A stretch of 64,000 nucleotides of DNA from Thermoanaerobaculia bacterium. Its GTDB lineage: Bacteria; Acidobacteriota; Thermoanaerobaculia; Multivoradales; JAHEKO01. How positions within the stretch are numbered: the stretch's first letter is position 1; the number at the start of each line of letters is the position of its first letter. The stretch covers positions 36,208 through 100,207 of the forward strand of contig CAMYOG010000036.1 in assembly GCA_947259925.1 (NCBI GenBank). The letters run 5' to 3'. This document shows, in pieces, positions 59,633 to 64,000 of the stretch. Below the pieces are notes generated by a model, which was not told where the DNA came from, ran no database searches, and saw only the letters and a program-made list of their open reading frames with translations. A program made the position numbers and the translations under genes.

Positions 59633-60305
59633 CGTCGGCCTGGCCTTGCTCGGCGCCGACGACGATCATCATGCCGCGACGCCGCGGCGACTTGTCGAAG
59701 CTGATGAACAGCGCCCTCCGCATGAGGATCGTGTGCCCCCAGCCGCGCTTGCTCTCCTCGAGGGTGTCAGCGCTCTTCTCCTTGAGCTCGAGCGGATCGA
59801 AGACCCGCAGACCGATGCCCAGCGGGCGGACGATCGCGTACCCGAGGTCGTCTTCGGTATGGAACAGGTGCAGGGCGACCCGGCGGCGCAACGCGAAGCG
59901 CTTGAACGAGTACTCGGCGTAGTTGATCACCGCCTCGTTGGCGGTGTTCATCAGGGGCTCGGCGACCGAGCCGAAGTCCCGCTCGAGCACCGGCACCACC
60001 TCCCGCCAGAAGTCCGAATCGCAGCCGTCCCGAAAGCGCTCGGCGTCGCCGCCGCGGAGCCAGCCGACGAGCTGGGCAAGCGCCCGGCGGGGACGGCTCA
60101 GCCAGCGCCGCGGCCCCGAGGGCAGCGTGAAATGCTCATCGTGGAGGATGCTGCGCCGAGGGGTCAGCTCGGAGACGTCTCCGAGCTCGTTCTTGAGGAT
60201 GTGGACGGCCGCGACCGTCAGCACCGGCGAGCGGTCGGCCATCTTCTCGAGGTCGTTGACGGCCTCCTCGAGCCGATCGCTGGGGATACCCTCGAATTCG
60301 GTCAA
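59613..60305 (-). CDS. hypothetical protein, possibly degenerate GHKL/anti-sigma-kinase-like (HATPase_c_2-like) fold
   Basis: High GC3 and balanced composition. Has an N-box-like NEAVINYAEY and a C-terminal ..KRGWGHTILMRRALFISFD..GMMIVV pattern. The TTG start at 60305 is uncertain (alternative ATG 60242). 20-nt convergent overlap with ctaA. Confidence 0.5.
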   Translation of the reverse strand: MTEFEGIPSDRLEEAVNDLEKMADRSPVLTVAAVHILKNELGDVSELTPRRSILHDEHFTLPSGPRRWLSRPRRALAQLVGWLRGGDAERFRDGCDSDFWREVVPVLERDFGSVAEPLMNTANEAVINYAEYSFKRFALRRRVALHLFHTEDDLGYAIVRPLGIGLRVFDPLELKEKSADTLEESKRGWGHTILMRRALFISFDKSPRRRGMMIVVGAEQGQADVTPSAS

Positions 60306-60352
60306 CGAGGCGCGAGCCTAGCAGGTCGGAGAGGGTCGGACCCCTTCGTCCG

Positions 60353-60366
60353 TCCGATAGACTGCC
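60353..60366 (+). promoter_or_regulatory. 14-mer TCCGATAGACTGCC with -10-like TAGACT ending 8 nt before the lipA ATG
   Basis: TAGACT at 60358-60363, spacer GCCCCGCG, ATG at 60372, and no Shine-Dalgarno sequence. Identical 14-mer at 54522-54535. Confidence 0.35.
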
Positions 60367-60371
60367 CCGCG

Positions 60372-61292
60372 ATGAGCGATGCGCTGATCAAGATCGGCAC
60401 GCCTGCAGCCGAGCCTCTGCGGGAGCCGCGACCCGAGTGGCTGCGGATTCGCCTGTCGACTCCGCCCCGCTTTCATCAGGTGCGTCGGCTGGTCGAGGGC
60501 CTGAACCTCAACACCGTCTGTCAGGAGGCGCGGTGCCCGAATATCTACGAGTGCTGGGGCGAGCACGGCACTGCCACGTTCATGATCCTCGGCGACATCT
60601 GCACCAGACGGTGTGGCTTCTGCGCGGTGACCAGCGGCCGACCCGAGCCGGGCGTCGACGTCGACGAGCCCCGGCACGTGGCCGAGGCGGTGCAGGCGAT
60701 GGGAATCCGCCACGCGGTCGTCACTTCGGTCGACCGCGACGACCTCCCCGACGGCGGCGCGCGCCACTTCGCCGAGGTCACCGTGGCGATTCATCGAGCG
60801 AACCCGGACACCGCGGTCGAGCTGCTGACGCCCGATTTCCGGGGCGTTCCCGAGGCGCTCGACATCGTCCTCGGGGCTCGGCCGGAGGTCTTCTCGCACA
60901 ACGTCGAGACCGTGCCGAGGCTCTACCGGAGCGCCCGCCCCGGCAGCCGCTACCGTCGCTCGCTCGAGCTTCTCGCCGACAGCGCTCGGCGGCGCGACGC
61001 CGGTGAATACGACGGCCGGATCAAAACCGGGATCATGATCGGGATCGGCGAGACCCCCGCCGAGGTCGCCGCCACCATCCAAGACATCCGCGATGCGGGG
61101 GTGGAGATCCTGACCATCGGGCAGTACCTCCAGCCCACCGCCGACCATCTGCCGGTCGACCGGTGGGTACACCCGGACGAGTTCGCCGGCTATCGGGAGG
61201 AGGCCCTCGAGCTCGGCTTCAGCCACTGCGAGTCCGGTCCACTGGTCCGCTCGAGCTACCATGCCCACGAAGCCATATCGGAGACAGGTTGA
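60372..61292 (+). CDS. lipA: lipoyl synthase (radical SAM)
   Basis: N-terminal cluster CQEARCPNIYEC and radical-SAM motif CTRRCGFCAV. The track ORF's upstream part (59583-60371) is antisense shadow. Confidence 0.93.
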   Translation: MSDALIKIGTPAAEPLREPRPEWLRIRLSTPPRFHQVRRLVEGLNLNTVCQEARCPNIYECWGEHGTATFMILGDICTRRCGFCAVTSGRPEPGVDVDEPRHVAEAVQAMGIRHAVVTSVDRDDLPDGGARHFAEVTVAIHRANPDTAVELLTPDFRGVPEALDIVLGARPEVFSHNVETVPRLYRSARPGSRYRRSLELLADSARRRDAGEYDGRIKTGIMIGIGETPAEVAATIQDIRDAGVEILTIGQYLQPTADHLPVDRWVHPDEFAGYREEALELGFSHCESGPLVRSSYHAHEAISETG

Positions 61293-61469
61293 CTATTTCA
61301 AAAGAGCTTACGAGAACGATCCTGTGTCCCCGAGATCCGGCGATCAGGTGACAAGGTACCTATCTCTGACCTGCTTGATGCGGTCGGTGGAGCCGAGATA
61401 GGTATCCTGTCATTTGATCTCCGCCCCGGCGGCTTGTTCTCGTAAGTTGTTTTGAAATAGTCAACCTGT
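61284..61469. mobile_element. MITE-like 186-nt imperfect palindrome with 34-nt terminal inverted repeats
   Basis: Left arm 61284-61317 (ACAGGTTGACTATTTCAAAAGAGCTTACGAGAAC) matches the reverse complement of 61436-61469 at 32 of 34 positions. An inner inverted pair (61350-61367 / 61396-61413) matches at 16 of 18. The arms are AT-richer than the genome: 13 G/C of 34 by my count. Confidence 0.6.
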
Positions 61470-62381
61470 ACCCGTTTTTGGTCCGGCGGCCATGACCCCG
61501 GCCGAGATCAGCAGGAAGCCGATCACCTCGGCGAGACCGATCGCCTCGCCCAGGAAGCCGACCGCCGCGACCGCCGCCACCAGCGGCTGCACCGTGGTGT
61601 AGATCGCCACCAGCGACGGCGACGATCGACGGACCGCCCAGGTGCTCAGGGCGTAGCCGAGGAAGGTGGGGAAGAGGACCACGAAGCCGAGCCCGGCCCA
61701 GGCGCCCAAGGGGACCGTGCCGGGCTCGAGGCTCGCGAGCGGTACCAGTCCGACGGCGAGGATCGCGGCGCTGCCGAAGACGAACGACCAGGCGATCACA
61801 GTCCGCCAGGGGAGCCGGTGCAGAATCGGGCGCTGCAGCACGAGGAAGAGTGCGTAGCTGAGGCAGTTGAGCAGGATGAGCAGGTTGCCGATCGCGGTCT
61901 CACGGGCGACCGTGAACCGGGTCGGGTCGAGCAGGGCGAGGCAGCCGGTCACCGTCAGGGCGACGCCGACCAGCTGGCGCGCGCCGATCCGCTCGATCCG
62001 CAGGAGAGCCGCCGCAGCGATCGCGAAGACCGGAATCGAAGGCATCAGAATCGCCGCGTTGGTCGCCGTAGTGTAGTCGAGGCCGACGATGAACAGCACC
62101 TGGTTCAGGAAGACCCCCAGGATCCCAAGCAGGGCAAGGGTCGGCAGCTCGCGTCGCGACGGCAGCATGCGGTCGTGCCGCCAGGCCATCCAGAGGAGCA
62201 GCGGCGTCGCCAGCAGGGCTCTCAGTGAGGCGAGCTGAAGTGGCTCGAGCGAGCCGAGGACGCTCTTGGCGACGACGTGCATCAGGCCGAAGGCGACCGA
62301 GACCAGCACCAGGGCCCCGTGCACCCGCAGCATCCCGCCAGCGCCGGCCCGAGCGTCTGAGCCCTCGTCCGGTGCTGGCAT
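61461..62381 (-). CDS. EamA/DMT-family transporter
   Basis: Ten hydrophobic spans in two EamA halves (..LGILGVFLNQVLFIVGLDYTTATNAAIL.. and ..FPTFLGYALSTWAVRRSSPSLVAIYTTVQPLVAAV..). Start is ATG 62381 or ATG 62333. The rest of the 781-codon track ORF is shadow. Confidence 0.8.
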   Translation of the reverse strand: MPAPDEGSDARAGAGGMLRVHGALVLVSVAFGLMHVVAKSVLGSLEPLQLASLRALLATPLLLWMAWRHDRMLPSRRELPTLALLGILGVFLNQVLFIVGLDYTTATNAAILMPSIPVFAIAAAALLRIERIGARQLVGVALTVTGCLALLDPTRFTVARETAIGNLLILLNCLSYALFLVLQRPILHRLPWRTVIAWSFVFGSAAILAVGLVPLASLEPGTVPLGAWAGLGFVVLFPTFLGYALSTWAVRRSSPSLVAIYTTVQPLVAAVAAVGFLGEAIGLAEVIGFLLISAGVMAAGPKTGTG

Positions 62382-62456
62382 CGAGGCAGGATACCGGAAG
62401 CCCTCCCTACCCCGAGATCCGGCGACGGCTGGTCTCGAGCGCGCGAAGATGGTGCC

Positions 62457-63143
62457 ATGGGTCGTGAGCGAGCTGGCTTCTTCCGCAGTCCGCTGCGAAT
62501 GCTGCTCGAAGGTCTCGAGGCGATCGGCCTCCTGCTGCTCGTGGTTCCGACCTGGCCGCTCACCAGGCGCTGGCTCGGCGACCTGGGCGCCACACCGGAG
62601 GAGCGCCAGCGGGTCTGGCCCGGCGACCGGCTGCTGGATCGCATCGACGAGTCGACCTTGCGCGCGATCGACGTCGGCGCGCCCGCGTCGGGGGTCTGGC
62701 CCTGGCTCCACCAGTTCGGGCTCGACCGGGGCGGCTTCTTCTCGTACGAGCTGCTGGAGAGGCTCGCCGGGTGGAAGGTCAAGAACATCGAGCGCCTGTT
62801 GCCCGAGCTCGCACCGTTCGAGCTCGACGACGGCGTCGTCCTCGCCCCGGGTGAGCCGTCGATCTGGCTCGCGCTGGTCGAGGAGAACCGCCACCTCTGC
62901 TTCCGGACCTGGCCTGACGCGCGGCGGCCCGATCCGAACCTGCCGACGCTCGGTTCGTGGTCGTTCTACCTGGTGCCGAATGGCGAGCGGACCTGTCGGC
63001 TCTTGCTGCGGTCGTGCAAACAGCTGCGCCGGCAGGGGTCGCCGCTCTCGCGAGCGTTCGTGCGGCTCCTCGAGGACCCTCTCGACCTGGTGATGGAGCA
63101 GCGCATGCTGCGCACGATCCGTCGCCTGGCCGAAAGTTCGTGA
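62457..63143 (+). CDS. SRPBCC-superfamily (polyketide cyclase/START-like) protein
   Basis: The pattern ..APASGVWPWLHQFGLDRGGFFSYELLERL..GSWSFYLVP.. resembles SRPBCC proteins. The family call is tentative. Confidence 0.55.
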   Translation: MGRERAGFFRSPLRMLLEGLEAIGLLLLVVPTWPLTRRWLGDLGATPEERQRVWPGDRLLDRIDESTLRAIDVGAPASGVWPWLHQFGLDRGGFFSYELLERLAGWKVKNIERLLPELAPFELDDGVVLAPGEPSIWLALVEENRHLCFRTWPDARRPDPNLPTLGSWSFYLVPNGERTCRLLLRSCKQLRRQGSPLSRAFVRLLEDPLDLVMEQRMLRTIRRLAESS

Positions 63144-63266
63144 GTGGGGGCGGGGCCGCCGAAGTCTGCCGATTCCGCTCCCTGTCGGGGCGTCCTCGGG
63201 CGCCACGAGGCTGATAGAATGGCGTCGCCCCGGCAGTTCCGCTGCGGGCGGATCCACGAGACCAGT

Positions 63267-63707
63267 ATGTCCGGCGAGCTGAAGATACGTGTCCTCGAAG
63301 ATACCGACCTGAACGGCGTCACCCAGCTCGACGAGAAGCTGGGCGGCGGCTACCGGCCCGAGGTCTGGGAGCACCGGATCACCTACTACCAGCGCCGCGA
63401 TCCGGAGGCTCCGGTGGTCGCGGAGGCGGACGGCAAGGTCGTCGGGTTCATGCTCGGTGAGGTCCGCTCCGGCGAGTTCGGCCTCGAGGAGCCGACCGGC
63501 TGGATCGAGGTCATCGGCGTCGACCCCGACTACCGGGGCCAGGCGATCGGACGGCAGCTCGCCGAGCACATTCTCGAGCACTTCCGCGAGCGAGGGGCGT
63601 CGACCGTCAGGACGCTCGTCGACGAGGACTCCGAGGGGATCGCCGGCTTCTTCAGCGCCCTCGGCTTCGAGCCGTCGACGCTGCGACCGTTCGCGTTGAA
63701 GCTCTAG
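63267..63707 (+). CDS. GNAT-family N-acetyltransferase
   Basis: Acetyl-CoA-binding motif IGVDPDYRGQAIGRQLAEHILEHFRERG. Start at MSGELKIRVLE. Confidence 0.8.
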   Translation: MSGELKIRVLEDTDLNGVTQLDEKLGGGYRPEVWEHRITYYQRRDPEAPVVAEADGKVVGFMLGEVRSGEFGLEEPTGWIEVIGVDPDYRGQAIGRQLAEHILEHFRERGASTVRTLVDEDSEGIAGFFSALGFEPSTLRPFALKL

Positions 63708-63753
63708 CTGCATCCGCGGCCTGGTGCCGCACGAAAGGCCTGCAAGGATATCC

Positions 63754-64000
63754 ATGAGCACTCGCAAAGAGCACATTCCGAAGTCTCTGCACAACGCCGT
63801 CGTCAAGTGGCGCGAGACCTTCCTGCCCGACTACGACTACCTGATCGAGAACTGGGACAGGTTCTTCCCCAACGATCGCCGGTTCGAGCTGTGCGCGTTC
63901 CGCGAGCTGGGCATGTGTGACGAGATCGAGTGCGGCGAGCGCACCGGACAGCCCAAGGCGACCCGCGCGTGTGACCTGCCGGACGACGCCGGCCGCCATC
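63754..64000 (+). CDS. hypothetical Cys-containing protein, 3' end cut by window edge (not in ORF track)
   Basis: An AAGGA Shine-Dalgarno sequence lies 5 nt before ATG 63754. The frame MSTRKEHIPKSLHNAVVKWRETFLPDYDYLIENWDRFFPNDRRFELCAFRELGMCDEIECGERTG.. stays open to the window end. GC3 is high and composition is balanced. Confidence 0.55.
   Translation, partial: MSTRKEHIPKSLHNAVVKWRETFLPDYDYLIENWDRFFPNDRRFELCAFRELGMCDEIECGERTGQPKATRACDLPDDAGRH

Noticed and set aside
62382-63806. Upstream ~475 codons of the 781-codon track ORF 61461..63806
   Set aside because: Only the last ~300 codons form a coherent EamA transporter. The upstream part is antisense to the SRPBCC and GNAT genes and is Arg/Pro/Glu-rich.

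Overview
This is about 64 kb of densely packed bacterial chromosome, roughly two-thirds G+C by eye. All product calls come from motifs I recognise in the supplied translations; no database search was run. Gene content, for example a TIGR03436-type secreted VWA protein, suggests an Acidobacteriota-like organism, but that is inference only. I support about 57 CDS and one tRNA-Pro(CGG). I saw no rRNA, CRISPR array, integrase, transposase or obvious defence island.

Content is mostly housekeeping:
- an ECF sigma/anti-sigma pair
- a long GreA-like factor
- rodZ
- a J-domain/TPR protein coupled to a PP2C phosphatase
- fatty-acid beta-oxidation genes (FadB/J-like, acyl-CoA ligase)
- OPT and SSF transporters
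- an AMMECR1/Memo pair
- a Lol/Dev-like ABC exporter with a periplasmic adaptor
- PPK2, phospholipid enzymes (PlsB-like, PssA, Lnt) and NfeD/SPFH/SPOR
- prfB, fbaB and msrAB
- a lipoate / 2-oxoacid dehydrogenase neighbourhood (lpdA, E2, lipB, lipA)

The strongest lead is one uninterrupted 2,191-codon ORF (23884-30459). It joins a complete TamB-like (AsmA/DUF490) module to a complete TamA/BamA-like POTRA + Omp85 barrel, and it sits divergent from the ABC exporter.

Other points worth a second look:
- A 186-nt AT-richer palindromic MITE-like element supplies the stop codons of both convergent flanking genes (lipA and an EamA transporter).
- A dispersed REP-like repeat family (core GGGGACAGGCACGAACA) occurs at two intergenic loci.
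- The canonical prfB +1 frameshift site is present, but the ORF track misses the first exon.
- msrAB has lost its expected stop next to a C5 homopolymer.
- An exact 14-mer is shared upstream of lpdA and lipA.
- There are candidate leaderless starts and a near-perfect 63-bp in-frame tandem duplication.

Many long Arg/Pro/Gly-rich ORFs in the track are antisense shadows of real genes and were rejected.
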